DNA from: Nannocystales bacterium
GTDB taxonomy: Bacteria > Myxococcota_A > Polyangia > Nannocystales > Nannocystaceae
DNA: 64,000 nt
Direction of reading: 5' to 3'
NCBI GenBank assembly: GCA_050633305.1
Contig: JBOEGF010000005.1
Coordinates: forward strand, 64,001 to 128,000
Below are positions 9,975-23,071 of the stretch, one piece after another (the stretch's first letter is position 1; each line of letters begins with the position of its first letter). The notes beneath the pieces were generated by a model. It was not told the DNA's origin. It saw nothing but the letters and a program-made list of their open reading frames with translations, and did not search any database. Made by a program: the position numbers and the translations under genes.

Positions 9975-10649
9975 TCAGCCTTCTAAATTTTCGGCCGATA
10001 CCGCGCCCGGCTTTGTAAACCGCAGGAAGTACGCCGCAATTCCCATCGCGACCGAGACGTTGAGTGAGCCTTTGATGCCCATCATCGGGAGGCACACTGT
10101 GCGTTCGGCGAACGATTCGATCCGAGGGTCGACGCCTGAGACTTCGTGGCCGAACACCAACACGATGCGTCCGGGTGCTCGGGCCGCGAGCACCTCTGGC
10201 TCGAACAGCGAGACCGCACTCGGCCCCCCATCGACGATCCAAAGTCTCGCACCGTCCTCGAGCAGGGTGCGTGCAGCCTCGACCGCATCCGGGTAGCGCG
10301 TCCAGGGAACCACCGCCTCGGCGCCCAAAGACGTCTTGGGCATCTTGCGATGCTCTGGAGTGGGCGTGAACCCACACAAGTGTAGGTGAGCGACCCCTGC
10401 CCCGTCGGCGGAGCGAAACACCGAGCCTACGTTGCTGAGACTTCGGATGTTGTCGAGCAACACTTCAACATGGACGTCGGACGGTGGACGACAGGTCGCG
10501 GTGTGCGTGACGTAGGCCGCGTCGACGAACGCGGTCGCGGCTCCGCACAGCGGGCACTCCGCGCCCAGGGGACTACCGTCCTGAACAGGGAATCGCAGCG
10601 CGCAGCTCGGCTCGCAGCATCGACGTGCCCGGTAGGTCGCCTCGTCCAT
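9975..10649 (-). CDS. TrmH/SpoU family RNA 2'-O-methyltransferase with N-terminal zinc ribbon
   Basis: LDNIRSLSNVGSVFRSADG, LVFGHEVSGV, LPMMGIKGSLNVSVA SPOUT motifs; N-terminal CCEPSC...CPLC. Confidence 0.88.
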   Translation of the reverse strand: MDEATYRARRCCEPSCALRFPVQDGSPLGAECPLCGAATAFVDAAYVTHTATCRPPSDVHVEVLLDNIRSLSNVGSVFRSADGAGVAHLHLCGFTPTPEHRKMPKTSLGAEAVVPWTRYPDAVEAARTLLEDGARLWIVDGGPSAVSLFEPEVLAARAPGRIVLVFGHEVSGVDPRIESFAERTVCLPMMGIKGSLNVSVAMGIAAYFLRFTKPGAVSAENLEG

Positions 10650-10676
10650 CAGGGGCGGATGCTACTCTAGCCGCCC

Positions 10677-11102
10677 GTGGCGTACCGAGATGATCGCCAA
10701 GCGTTGTCGCTTCAGGTCGCGGACCTGGAGCGGGAGAACGCGGAGCTCAAGTCCGAGCTGGCCGAGTTACGCGACGATGCGAAGCGCGACCGGGAGGTTC
10801 AGCGAGACCGTGCGCGCCGGGACTCTCGGCATGGCTGCGTGATGTGCAGCGGGAGGTTGCACGCGGTCGCCGTGTTTTCGGGCCGACACAACGCGCCGAA
10901 GCCTCTGCAGATGAGCACATCACGCTTCTCGGATCCGTCAGGAGGGTTCAGTCGAAGCACGCCGATCAAAGCGATGGCCTGCTCGAGCTGCGGCTTCATC
11001 CATCACTACATCGACCTCGAACGCGCGGACAAAGCGTTGGTCACCGGGCACGACGACGAGGATGACTTTGAGGATGATGGCCTGGGCCTCGGCGAGGACT
11101 GA
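10677..11102 (+). CDS. Small coiled-coil plus zinc-ribbon protein
   Basis: Heptad-rich N-terminus, CVMC...CSSCG, acidic tail. Confidence 0.65.
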   Translation: MAYRDDRQALSLQVADLERENAELKSELAELRDDAKRDREVQRDRARRDSRHGCVMCSGRLHAVAVFSGRHNAPKPLQMSTSRFSDPSGGFSRSTPIKAMACSSCGFIHHYIDLERADKALVTGHDDEDDFEDDGLGLGED

Positions 11103-11121
11103 CGTCCGCGCTCCGCCGAAC

Positions 11122-12057
11122 TCAGCGTCGGGCCGGAGCTGAGTTCTGTGCATGACGGGGTCCGCGGCTCCCGTTGAGCAGCGGCTCGAGGGTTCCAAAC
11201 TCCGCCGCCAGAAAATCCATCAGCGCCCGGATACGTGCTGTTGTCCGAAGGTCGGCGTGTGTGAGGAGCCAGACCTCGCTCGCAAACTCTTGCTGTGGCG
11301 GTCGCACTCGCGCGAGAGCCGGGTCGTCGTCGCCGAGGAAGCAGGGCAGGGGGGCAACGCCGACCCCCAAGCGCGCGGCCTCGTGCAGCGCCATCAGGGT
11401 GTTGCTCCGCATGATGACGGTGCAGTCAGGGTGTGTCCTTCGGAGCCATATTGCAGGCTTGTAGTCTTCGAAACTGTCGTCCGGAAGAACGTATTTGAAG
11501 TCGGTCATATTCGAAGTCCCGACGCTCGCGAGGGTCTCGGGCGTTGCGTAGAACGTGGCTGCCAGGGTGCACAACTTGCGACCGACCGCCGTCTCGGGCG
11601 GGGTTGTTGTCGAGCGAACCACGACATCTGCTTCACGCCGGGCAAGGTCGGCGAACGCGTTTGCGGTCCGAACATCCAGCTCGATCTCCGGATACAGGGC
11701 CTGGAATCGAGCCAGCAACGGCATCAGCAGGTGCAGCGTGAGCGCGTCCGGCCCGGCGAATCTCACCAGTCCATGGGGGCGGAGGTCCTGGCCGGCGAGC
11801 AGCCTCGAGAGGTTGAAGAGTTCGGCCTCGATGCGTTCGGCGGCGTCGCGGACCGACTCGCCTTCGACGGTGGCGACGTAGCCCGTCGGTAGCCGGTCGA
11901 ACAGTCGCGAGCCGACCCGTTCTTCCACCGCGCGCACCCTTCGAAACACCGTGGAGTGGTTGACTCCAAGCGTGCGCGCAGCGGCGGACAGAGTTCCGGT
12001 GCGGAGGACTGCGAGCACAAACCGTAGGTCGTTCCAATCCAGCTCCTGTGCGCTCAT
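11122..12057 (-). CDS. LysR family transcriptional regulator
   Basis: LDWNDLRFVLAVLRTGTLSAAARTLGVNHSTVFRR HTH; DLARREADVVVR; divergent from the AhpD/MFS genes. Confidence 0.93.
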   Translation of the reverse strand: MSAQELDWNDLRFVLAVLRTGTLSAAARTLGVNHSTVFRRVRAVEERVGSRLFDRLPTGYVATVEGESVRDAAERIEAELFNLSRLLAGQDLRPHGLVRFAGPDALTLHLLMPLLARFQALYPEIELDVRTANAFADLARREADVVVRSTTTPPETAVGRKLCTLAATFYATPETLASVGTSNMTDFKYVLPDDSFEDYKPAIWLRRTHPDCTVIMRSNTLMALHEAARLGVGVAPLPCFLGDDDPALARVRPPQQEFASEVWLLTHADLRTTARIRALMDFLAAEFGTLEPLLNGSRGPRHAQNSAPARR

Positions 12058-12136
12058 GCAATGTCGTCTTTCGAAATGTCCCACGGCGTTGCGCCGGAGC
12101 ACAGCCTATCGTGGCGAGACCGAGGAGCAATCGACG

Positions 12137-12673
12137 ATGTATCTCCAGCACACTCAGCCCCTAAACCACAACCTGATGCGGCTCCTGGTCGCGAATCCGA
12201 GCCGTTACCGGCCGCTGGTCGCATTTTTGGACCAGGTCACCCAGAACCTCGCGCAACTCACTTGGGCGGACTGTGAAGCGATCGGCGCCGAACTCGCCCG
12301 GGACAACAAGTCTACGTTCTGCGCAGGCGTTCGCGACGCCACGTTGGATGCACTCGGTGAGGTCGAGGGGACACCGGCCGGAAGACTCGCGCCTCTGATC
12401 GACTTCGCCCGTCGAGTGAACGAGGACGCCACAACGATGACGCAGGAGGATGTCGACGCGGTGCGGGCTCATGGGTGGACCGATCAGACCGTCGAGGATG
12501 TCGTCGGCCTTGTGGCTGCGCTTCGGGTCTTCAGCACGATGGCCACCGGCCTCGGCTTTGCGACGTTGCCCGCGGAGGACTTCGCCAACATCGGACAAGG
12601 GACGGTCGGCGCGGGCGGCTATGTGGCGTCGTTCGACATGTTTCGAGCTGCCGGGTCCTCCGACGCCGTCTGA
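12137..12673 (+). CDS. Carboxymuconolactone decarboxylase / AhpD-like protein
   Basis: GAGGAG RBS; LTWADCEAIG..N...FC and DVDAVRAHGWTDQTVEDVVGLVA pattern of peroxidase-related CMD proteins. Confidence 0.7.
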   Translation: MYLQHTQPLNHNLMRLLVANPSRYRPLVAFLDQVTQNLAQLTWADCEAIGAELARDNKSTFCAGVRDATLDALGEVEGTPAGRLAPLIDFARRVNEDATTMTQEDVDAVRAHGWTDQTVEDVVGLVAALRVFSTMATGLGFATLPAEDFANIGQGTVGAGGYVASFDMFRAAGSSDAV

Positions 12674-12700
12674 CGTCGACCCGCACTGCACCGAGGCAGC

Positions 12701-13876
12701 ATGACGTTGGTCTCTCGAAATCTGTGGGTCCTCGCCGCGTCTCAGGCGTTGATGCTCAGTGGGATGTCCCTGGTGGTCACGACCGCGCCCCTGGTGGGGC
12801 TCTCGCTGACCGAAGGCGAATCGCTTGCGACCCTTCCGGTGGCGGCGATGCATATCGCGACGCTTCTCACGACGCTACCGGCCGCGTTCCTCATGGGGCG
12901 GTTCGGTCGAAAGGCGGGATTCCTGACTGGTGTCGCGCTCGGCGTCACGGGAGCTGGCGTCGCGACGCTGGGGGTCCTCGAACGCAGCATGGTTCTGTTC
13001 TCTCTCGGAACGGCGATGGTCGGCATCCATCACGGGTTCGCGAACCACTTCCGATTCGCGGCTGCCGATGGTGTTCCGGCTGCGCAACGCAGTGTTGCTG
13101 TCTCGCGGGTCCTCGCCGGAGGAATCCTCGCAGCGGTCGTGGGTCCGAGCCTTGCGCACTACACCTGGCAGTGGATGGACGAGCCGTTCGCGGCCAGCTA
13201 CGCGGCGCTGCTCGCCGTCTACTTGGTCTCCGTGGTGGTCTTGCTGGCGCTGCGTCCCGCACCCACGATATCGCCGGGTCCTACCGACGTCCGTCCCGCT
13301 CGCCCCTTGGGAGCCGTCGCCTCCCAACCGCGTTTTCTCGCGGCGGTCACGTGTGCGACGTTCGGCTACGCAACGATGACCCTGGTCATGACCGCGACTC
13401 CGCTTGCGATGAAAGGGCATGGGCATTCCTTCGCCGACACCGCATCCGTAATCCAGTGGCACATCTTGGGCATGTTCGCCCCGTCGCTCATCACCGGACG
13501 GCTGATTCGACGATTCGGGATCATCTCCGTGCTCTGGGCCGGCGTCGCGCTCGAGTCGGCCGCGGTCGCACTGAACCTGGTCGGTGCGGAGGTCGTGTAT
13601 TTCCGAGTCTCTCTCATCGCACTCGGCGTAGGGTGGAACTTCCTCTTTGTCGGCGGAACGACGCTCTTGATGGAGACGTATCGCCCGTCCGAGCGAGCCC
13701 GAGCGCAGGGCCTCAACGACGGCATCGTGTTCACCACTGTTGCCCTTGCGACGCTCATGGCCGGTGTTCTGCATCCTCTCGTGGGGTGGCGAGGCGTCAA
13801 TCTCTCGGTCCTTCCGCTGCTGCTGATCGTTGCGGTCAGCATCGCTGTGGCGCGCCGGAGGTTGGCGCCGAGCTGA
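12701..13876 (+). CDS. MFS transporter
   Basis: About 12 hydrophobic segments; MGRFGRK loop; RFAAAD; ATPLAM..HGH; IQWHILGMFAPS. Confidence 0.9.
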   Translation: MTLVSRNLWVLAASQALMLSGMSLVVTTAPLVGLSLTEGESLATLPVAAMHIATLLTTLPAAFLMGRFGRKAGFLTGVALGVTGAGVATLGVLERSMVLFSLGTAMVGIHHGFANHFRFAAADGVPAAQRSVAVSRVLAGGILAAVVGPSLAHYTWQWMDEPFAASYAALLAVYLVSVVVLLALRPAPTISPGPTDVRPARPLGAVASQPRFLAAVTCATFGYATMTLVMTATPLAMKGHGHSFADTASVIQWHILGMFAPSLITGRLIRRFGIISVLWAGVALESAAVALNLVGAEVVYFRVSLIALGVGWNFLFVGGTTLLMETYRPSERARAQGLNDGIVFTTVALATLMAGVLHPLVGWRGVNLSVLPLLLIVAVSIAVARRRLAPS

Positions 13877-13951
13877 CTCTCTGTCGGTCTGGGGTGCCCA
13901 TCGGGGTCGTGAGATGTGCTCTAGTATTGCTCGTACTCGGAGGTGCTTCGA

Positions 13952-17434
<3,483 letters not shown>

Positions 17435-17475
17435 CTGGGCATGTCTCGCCGAGTCCCAGTGCTGGGGGGCGTCCC

Positions 17476-19452
17476 CTAGTCGTCGGACAGCAGGGAGGAG
17501 ATGCGCGCCAACAAGGAATCGAGCGAGAAGGGTTTCTCCAGGAAGGCGACGCCCTTGTCCAACACCCCGCCGTGCACGATGGTGTTCTGTGTGTAGCCTG
17601 AAACGTATAGAACCCGGGTTTCTGGCCGCTCTTGGGACAACGTCTCGGCGAGTTGCTTGCCCGTCATGTGGGGCATGACGACATCGGTCAGGAGCAGCTC
17701 GATCTTTCCATCATGGCCGCGGGCGAGCTTGAGCGCGGTGGGTCCATCTTCTGCCGCGAGAACGGTGTAGCCGCCCTTCTTGAGGAGACGGGTCGTGAGC
17801 CGCAACAGAAGAGGCTCGTCCTCCACGACTAGGATCGTTCCGCCGGTCCGCGCCGGAGCCGAATCCTGGGTCTGGGACTTCGTTGCGCCCCGTGCTTTGG
17901 AGCGCGGCCAGTAGATCTTGAAGCACGTCCCGGTGCCCTCTTCGCTGTATACCCAGATGTGGCCGCCGTTTTGGCGGACAGCACCGAACACGGTCGCGAG
18001 GCCCAGGCCGTTGCCCGAGTGACCCTTGGTGGTGAAGAACGGCTCGAACACCCGCTCCTGGGTCTCGGGCGGCATGCCAACGCCGGTATCGCTGACCGCG
18101 ATCATGACGTACTCACCCGCGACCACGTCGGCCCGCGTCGAGGCGTAGTGCTCGTCCAGGACGATGTTCTGTGCCTCGAGGGAGAGCGTGCCTCCGTTGG
18201 GCATGGCGTCCCGGGCGTTGACGACCAGGTTCAAGAGGATCTGGTCCAGCTGGGAGCGATCCACCTTGATGGACCACAGCTCTGGGTCCAGCTGGATGTC
18301 GACCAAGATGTCCTCGCCGAGCGTTCGGTGGAACAGCTTGACGAGTTCTTGCACCACACCGGAGATGTGAAGTGTGGTCGGTCGGATAATCTGCTGGCGC
18401 GCGAAGCTGAGGAGCTGGGTGCACAGTGCTGCGCCACGGTCGGAAGCGAGTCCAATCTGCGCAAGGTCGTCGCGCCGCTCGTCGACACTATCGAGCGAGT
18501 CCCTCACGAGCCGCGCATAGTTGTCGATGATGGTCAGCAGGTTGTTGAAATCGTGGGCGATGCCGCCCGCCAGGCGTCCAATCGACTCGAGCCGCTGGCT
18601 GCGGCGCAGCTGAGACTCGAGGTCGCGCATCGGTCGCAAGTCCCGCATCACGGCCGAGAGGTAGCGACACTTGCCGTCGGCGTCGCGGTGCGCCATCAGT
18701 GCCTGGGAGACGGGGATGACCGTGTCGCCTGGACCGCGTAGCTCGACTTCGGCTCGCCAGTGTCCATGCTCGATCGCCGAGGGCACCCCATCCTCGAGAA
18801 CCTCCCGCGCGGAGGCTTTGGTGAACACGTCGGCGAGATGCGGTGACGTGTCCGCGTCCTTGCTGAGTCCGCACAGCGCTCGGCCGGCAGGGTTGATGTA
18901 CTCCGGCGCGCCGTCGATGTGCCAAAGCCCGACGAAGTCAGGAGAGAGCTCTGACATTCGGCGGAATCGAGCGGCCCGCAGCTCCGCATTCTTGCGCTCC
19001 GTGACGTCGGGGAACACGACGACGCCGGCGACGAGTTCTCCTTCGTCGTCGTAGACGGGCGCAGCGTGACCGATCACCCAGCGTTCGTTCCCGTCCTCGT
19101 CGCGAATGATGACGTCATCGCCGTTGACCACCTCGCCACGGAGAAGTGCGCGCGACAGAGGGAGGTCTTCAGGGTTGTAGACGTCACCGTTGGGGTGAAA
19201 CGTCTGCCAGCGTGTTGGGTGGAGCTCGATGGGGATCTTGGTCAGCTCGTCAGAGCCGGACCCTCGGATACCGAGCGCGGCGGCGTTCCACTCTTCAATG
19301 ACCCCATCGGGGGCCGACGCTACGAGGATGCCAGCGGGTGACGCACGGATCGCGGCGCGAAGAATCGAGACTTCGCTCTCTCGTTCAGCGAGCTGGGCTT
19401 CGCGCTCGGCCAGCTGGGCGCGGAGTGCCTGGAGTTCATCGGCTGCGTCCAT
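17476..19452 (-). CDS. Hybrid sensor histidine kinase (PAS-PAS-HisKA-HATPase-REC), CckA-like
   Basis: LAGGIAHDFNNLL, NLVVNARDAM, DTGVGM, EPFFTTK, receiver ILVVEDE...LLLTDVVMP...KPF. Confidence 0.93.
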   Translation of the reverse strand: MDAADELQALRAQLAEREAQLAERESEVSILRAAIRASPAGILVASAPDGVIEEWNAAALGIRGSGSDELTKIPIELHPTRWQTFHPNGDVYNPEDLPLSRALLRGEVVNGDDVIIRDEDGNERWVIGHAAPVYDDEGELVAGVVVFPDVTERKNAELRAARFRRMSELSPDFVGLWHIDGAPEYINPAGRALCGLSKDADTSPHLADVFTKASAREVLEDGVPSAIEHGHWRAEVELRGPGDTVIPVSQALMAHRDADGKCRYLSAVMRDLRPMRDLESQLRRSQRLESIGRLAGGIAHDFNNLLTIIDNYARLVRDSLDSVDERRDDLAQIGLASDRGAALCTQLLSFARQQIIRPTTLHISGVVQELVKLFHRTLGEDILVDIQLDPELWSIKVDRSQLDQILLNLVVNARDAMPNGGTLSLEAQNIVLDEHYASTRADVVAGEYVMIAVSDTGVGMPPETQERVFEPFFTTKGHSGNGLGLATVFGAVRQNGGHIWVYSEEGTGTCFKIYWPRSKARGATKSQTQDSAPARTGGTILVVEDEPLLLRLTTRLLKKGGYTVLAAEDGPTALKLARGHDGKIELLLTDVVMPHMTGKQLAETLSQERPETRVLYVSGYTQNTIVHGGVLDKGVAFLEKPFSLDSLLARISSLLSDD

Positions 19453-19669
19453 TCTGAATCAAGACGTCGGTAGGGACGCCGTGAGTTTAGGGCGGCCCCC
19501 GGTTCGGATCAAGCGCCATGGACGCGGCGGAAGCGTGGAGCCGAGTCGCGGTGGGTCTTTGAAAGCGCGAACTCGCCGAGTTCCGAACGAGCCGGCTTGA
19601 ACATGGACCGGCTGAGTCCGGTCTGCAGATTCTCGTGATCCAAACCCACTCGAGCGCGAACCCCTAGTT

Positions 19670-20731
19670 GTGACCCGCTGGCGCTCTGTTCTTCCCCTGA
19701 CCTGCACTCTCATCGCCTGCTCCGCAACACCCCGAGATGAAAGCAGCTTTTCGGGGCCATCTGGGGTTCCCACCGGCGGGCTAAGTTCGGGAACCGGTGG
19801 GGAGGTGGACTCTGTTGGAACGTCGGGGGAGTTCAGCGGAAGCTCGGGCGAGGATGAGAGCTCGGGGGCGGCGGACGATCAGGACCCGATCTACGACGTG
19901 GGCAATGCAGGGGGTGGGGACAAACTGCCCCCATCTGAAGACGGATGCACGAAGGTCGACCTGCTGTTTGTGATCGACAATAGCGGGAGCATGGCAGGCG
20001 AGCAGGAGAACCTAGTGAACAGTGTTCCGGGGTTTATCTCGACCATGCGGGAGACGTTGATCGACGCCGACAGCTTGCACATCGGGGTGACCACGACCGA
20101 TGCAAACACTGGAAACGCGAGCCCGTGCAATGTCGATGGGGCTCTCGTCACCCGCACCTCGGGTGCGGACTCAAGTCAGACGACCTGCGGACCCTATGGG
20201 AGCGGCGGCCCATTCATGACCGAAGACGATGAGTTGGAGGTGGCGTTTGCCTGCGCGGCTCAAGTGGGAACCGAAGGCATTCCCTTTGAGCGACCGATGG
20301 ACACGTTGCGCGCCGCGATCACGCCGGGGATGAACGGGGCCGGCGAGTGCAATGACGGCTTCATCCGAGACGATGCTCTCTTGGTCGCGGTCGTCATTAC
20401 AGACGAGGAAGACCACCTCAGCAGCAACGTGATCCAGAACGGATCCGCCGACGAACCACCGAAGTGGTTCACCGACGTCGTGGCACTCAAAGGGGGCATC
20501 GAGGAGAACATCGTGCTGCTGTCCTTGGTCGGGAACCCCTCGCCGAGTGCATGCGACGGGCTCACCGGTGACGATGAAGGCGCACAGGTTGCGGACCGAC
20601 TGATCGAGTTTACGGAGATGTTCACGTACGGGACGACTGGGGACGTGTGCGCTCCCAGCTACGTGCCGTTCTTCGAAGAGGCTGTGTCCGTGATCGACTT
20701 GGCGTGCGACGGGTTTACCCCGGCGGGATAA
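19670..20731 (+). CDS. Lipoprotein with VWA-like domain (myxobacterial type)
   Basis: LIAC lipobox; VDLLFVIDNSGSM MIDAS-like motif; FIRDDALLVAVVITDEED. Confidence 0.8.
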   Translation: MTRWRSVLPLTCTLIACSATPRDESSFSGPSGVPTGGLSSGTGGEVDSVGTSGEFSGSSGEDESSGAADDQDPIYDVGNAGGGDKLPPSEDGCTKVDLLFVIDNSGSMAGEQENLVNSVPGFISTMRETLIDADSLHIGVTTTDANTGNASPCNVDGALVTRTSGADSSQTTCGPYGSGGPFMTEDDELEVAFACAAQVGTEGIPFERPMDTLRAAITPGMNGAGECNDGFIRDDALLVAVVITDEEDHLSSNVIQNGSADEPPKWFTDVVALKGGIEENIVLLSLVGNPSPSACDGLTGDDEGAQVADRLIEFTEMFTYGTTGDVCAPSYVPFFEEAVSVIDLACDGFTPAG

Positions 20732-20811
20732 CGGGCAGTCTGATCACTCGGCGTGGTGAGGCCCAGGACCAGCGGGTTGCCGTGATGCTCAACACCCTAG
20801 AGCGTCGCCGA

Positions 20812-21090
20812 ATGCTTGCCCCACGTGGATTGCTCTTCCTCGCAACCTTGACGCTGGGGTGCGTCGAAAGCTCGGCGACCCCCGGGGCGGCGGGGGAATC
20901 CTCGGGCGGCACCGATCCAGGGACGACCGACCCCGGCGACCCCACTTCGGGTACGACTCGGGTGCACGGATGCCTGTCTCACGTCGGGACGTCCCGCGGC
21001 AGCCCTGGTGATATCTTGCCAACCGCGGACATGATTCGCGCCGCGGCGGCATGGAGCACTTGTGACCGAGCCCGACCCAAGGCTGCGTGA
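20812..21090 (+). pseudogene. Probable truncated lipoprotein (signal peptide and linker only)
   Basis: MLAPRGLLFLATLTLGC lipobox and G/S/T/D linker, then no domain; runs into the next gene. Confidence 0.35.
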
Positions 21091-21637
21091 CGCCAAGCGG
21101 CTCCAGGAGATCGCAGCCGGAGAGCGTGAAGCCTTCGATGCGCTGCACCGAGAGCACTATCGCGCCGTCGTGCGACTGGCGATGGGGATTGTCGGAGACC
21201 CCGACGAAGCTCGCGACGTCGCCCAGGAGGTGTTCGTTCGCCTGCTCGAGGTGGCGCCGCGTTGGAAGCCGGAAGCCAAAGTCTCCACCTGGCTGCACCG
21301 AACGACGCTCAACGTTTCGCTGACGATGCGGCGCCGCGTGGTTCGATGGTGGAGCCGCTCCTCGCCGTACCTGCGACGGGATGTGGACCCGGAGCAAGCT
21401 GTGGCGCTCGGGCGGGCGGCGCAGGATCTCGATGGATTCCTACGCCTGCTCTCGCCGCGGCAACGCGCCGTCGTAACGCTTCATTTCGACCAGGGGTTCG
21501 CCCCGGCTGAGATCGCGGTCGAGCTGGAGATGACACCCAATGCAGCACGCCTCGCGCTCTCGAAGGGCCTTCGTGCCTTGCGGCGCGAAGCGGGAACTGC
21601 GGTGCGAGAGATCGTGGAAGAGGAAGCGGGAACATGA
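21062..21637 (+). CDS. ECF RNA polymerase sigma factor
   Basis: DEARDVAQEVFVRL...STWLHRTTLN (region 2); LSPRQRAVVTLHFDQGFAPAEIA (region 4). Confidence 0.9.
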   Translation: MTEPDPRLRDAKRLQEIAAGEREAFDALHREHYRAVVRLAMGIVGDPDEARDVAQEVFVRLLEVAPRWKPEAKVSTWLHRTTLNVSLTMRRRVVRWWSRSSPYLRRDVDPEQAVALGRAAQDLDGFLRLLSPRQRAVVTLHFDQGFAPAEIAVELEMTPNAARLALSKGLRALRREAGTAVREIVEEEAGT

Positions 21638-21915
21638 GCGAAGGTAGAGACGAGTTCCGAGCGTGGCTCGACGAGGGGACACCGGGCGAGGTGCAGCGGT
21701 CGGCGGATGCGGATCGGGTGTGGTCCCGTCGACGCCGCACCCGAGTCGGTGCCTGGGTTGTGGTCGCGGCCGCGTCGGTGTTGGTCGGCGTCTGGTTGAT
21801 GCGCGAGCCTCCGCGCGAGCTTCCCGAACCCGAGTTTGCGTCCCGGCTCGTGGTGTCCGTTGCGGACGACGAGGTCAGTATTGAAGTTGGCGTGCGAAGA
21901 AAGCGAGACCGATGA
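21634..21915 (+). CDS. Small single-TM protein, putative anti-sigma factor
   Basis: ATGA overlap with sigma stop; RRRR followed by TM AWVVVAAASVLVGVWL. Confidence 0.65.
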   Translation: MSEGRDEFRAWLDEGTPGEVQRSADADRVWSRRRRTRVGAWVVVAAASVLVGVWLMREPPRELPEPEFASRLVVSVADDEVSIEVGVRRKRDR

Positions 21916-22454
21916 TCGAGAAAATCACTCTGTTCACCCTGTTGTCCCTGTCTGTCAGCCCGTCCGCGAGTGATCCGCTCGCGTCCTTGCCGACCGATCG
22001 CATCGACCTCGAGCTCAAGGATGCTCCCATCGCAGATGTGATGCTCTTGGTCGGAGACATTATTCAGTCCGAGGTGGTGCTCGATCCTTGCGTATCAGGA
22101 ACGCTCTCCTTGAAACTGGAGTCCATCACCATTCGAACCTTCCTCGAGGTTGCGGCGGACACGTTGTCTCTGACGTACGATCGTACCGACGGTGGTGAGC
22201 TGCACGTTGGGTGTGAGGACGCGCCCGGTGCAGGAACCCGGGTCGACATGGCTGTTGTTCAGGCCCCGCTGCCGGAGGCTCTTGCGGTGTTGGCCGAGGC
22301 GGGCGGAACGAGTGTCGCCTCCGAGTCCTGTGATGACGTCGTCGTGGACCTCAGGGTCTCGAATGCCCCGGTTTCGGCGGTGGTGTCGGCAATCGCAGCG
22401 CAGGCGGATGCGTCTGTGGAGCGCACCCCGGATGGCCTGCGCTTGCGTTGCTGA
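21912..22454 (+). CDS. Secreted protein made of two STN / secretin-N0-like domains
   Basis: Signal peptide; RIDLELKDAPIADVMLLVGDII..EVVLDPCVSGTLSLKLE resembles PilQ/GspD N0; second copy RVDMAVVQAPLPEALAVLAE; ATGA-coupled. Confidence 0.65.
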   Translation: MIEKITLFTLLSLSVSPSASDPLASLPTDRIDLELKDAPIADVMLLVGDIIQSEVVLDPCVSGTLSLKLESITIRTFLEVAADTLSLTYDRTDGGELHVGCEDAPGAGTRVDMAVVQAPLPEALAVLAEAGGTSVASESCDDVVVDLRVSNAPVSAVVSAIAAQADASVERTPDGLRLRC

Positions 22455-22473
22455 CCCCAGGACTCTCGCCGCG

Positions 22474-22965
22474 CTACTGCGCTTGCATGTCCGCGTAGAC
22501 CTTCCGCCACTGGGATGCGTCGTACACGAGGTGTGACTCCTTGATGACGCCGTCCTCGACCCGAAACCACTCGGTGGCTGGGTTGACTTCCACACCGGGG
22601 ATCGCGGACTTGAATATGTAGAATGCCGCCACCCACTCGCCGCTCTGTGCGACATGGAGGACGTCAAGACCGGTCAGCGACGCGCCGATGCTCTGCGCCA
22701 GGGGGATGAACTCTGCCTTGGAGTTGAGCTCGACCATCGGGTTCTTGAACTTGTAGTCGTCGGCCAGCAGGTCGAGGGACGTTTGGATGCGGGAGGGGTC
22801 GCTGAACCCGCTTAGGAACGTTCGGACGGTTTCTTCGTTGCTCATCGTGTCGTGGTCGGTGGCGGATTGCGGTCTCGCCGGTGTTGTTGGGGTGGGTTGG
22901 TGCGCGCAGCCGAGCGTGGTGAACATCGCCGCGGCCAGGACGAGGGTGATGGGTGGTGTTTTCAT
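22474..22965 (-). CDS. SnoaL-like (NTF2 fold) lipoprotein
   Basis: TLGC lipobox; ETVRTFL...DLLADDYKFKNPM...EWFRVEDGVIKE. Confidence 0.75.
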   Translation of the reverse strand: MKTPPITLVLAAAMFTTLGCAHQPTPTTPARPQSATDHDTMSNEETVRTFLSGFSDPSRIQTSLDLLADDYKFKNPMVELNSKAEFIPLAQSIGASLTGLDVLHVAQSGEWVAAFYIFKSAIPGVEVNPATEWFRVEDGVIKESHLVYDASQWRKVYADMQAQ

Positions 22966-23071
22966 GGTGATTCGTGGGTCGGCGCTCAACTCAGCGCGCA
23001 AGAGTCCGCCGTTCCGCGTGGTCGCGGGACGCTCCAACGGGGCATCGACGGGGGTTGTGGGCGCGGAGTCG

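Noticed and set aside
17464..17475. GGGACGCCCCCC 12-mer shared with 44513-44524, as a possible REP-like element
   Set aside because: Too short and GC-rich, with only two copies; chance is plausible
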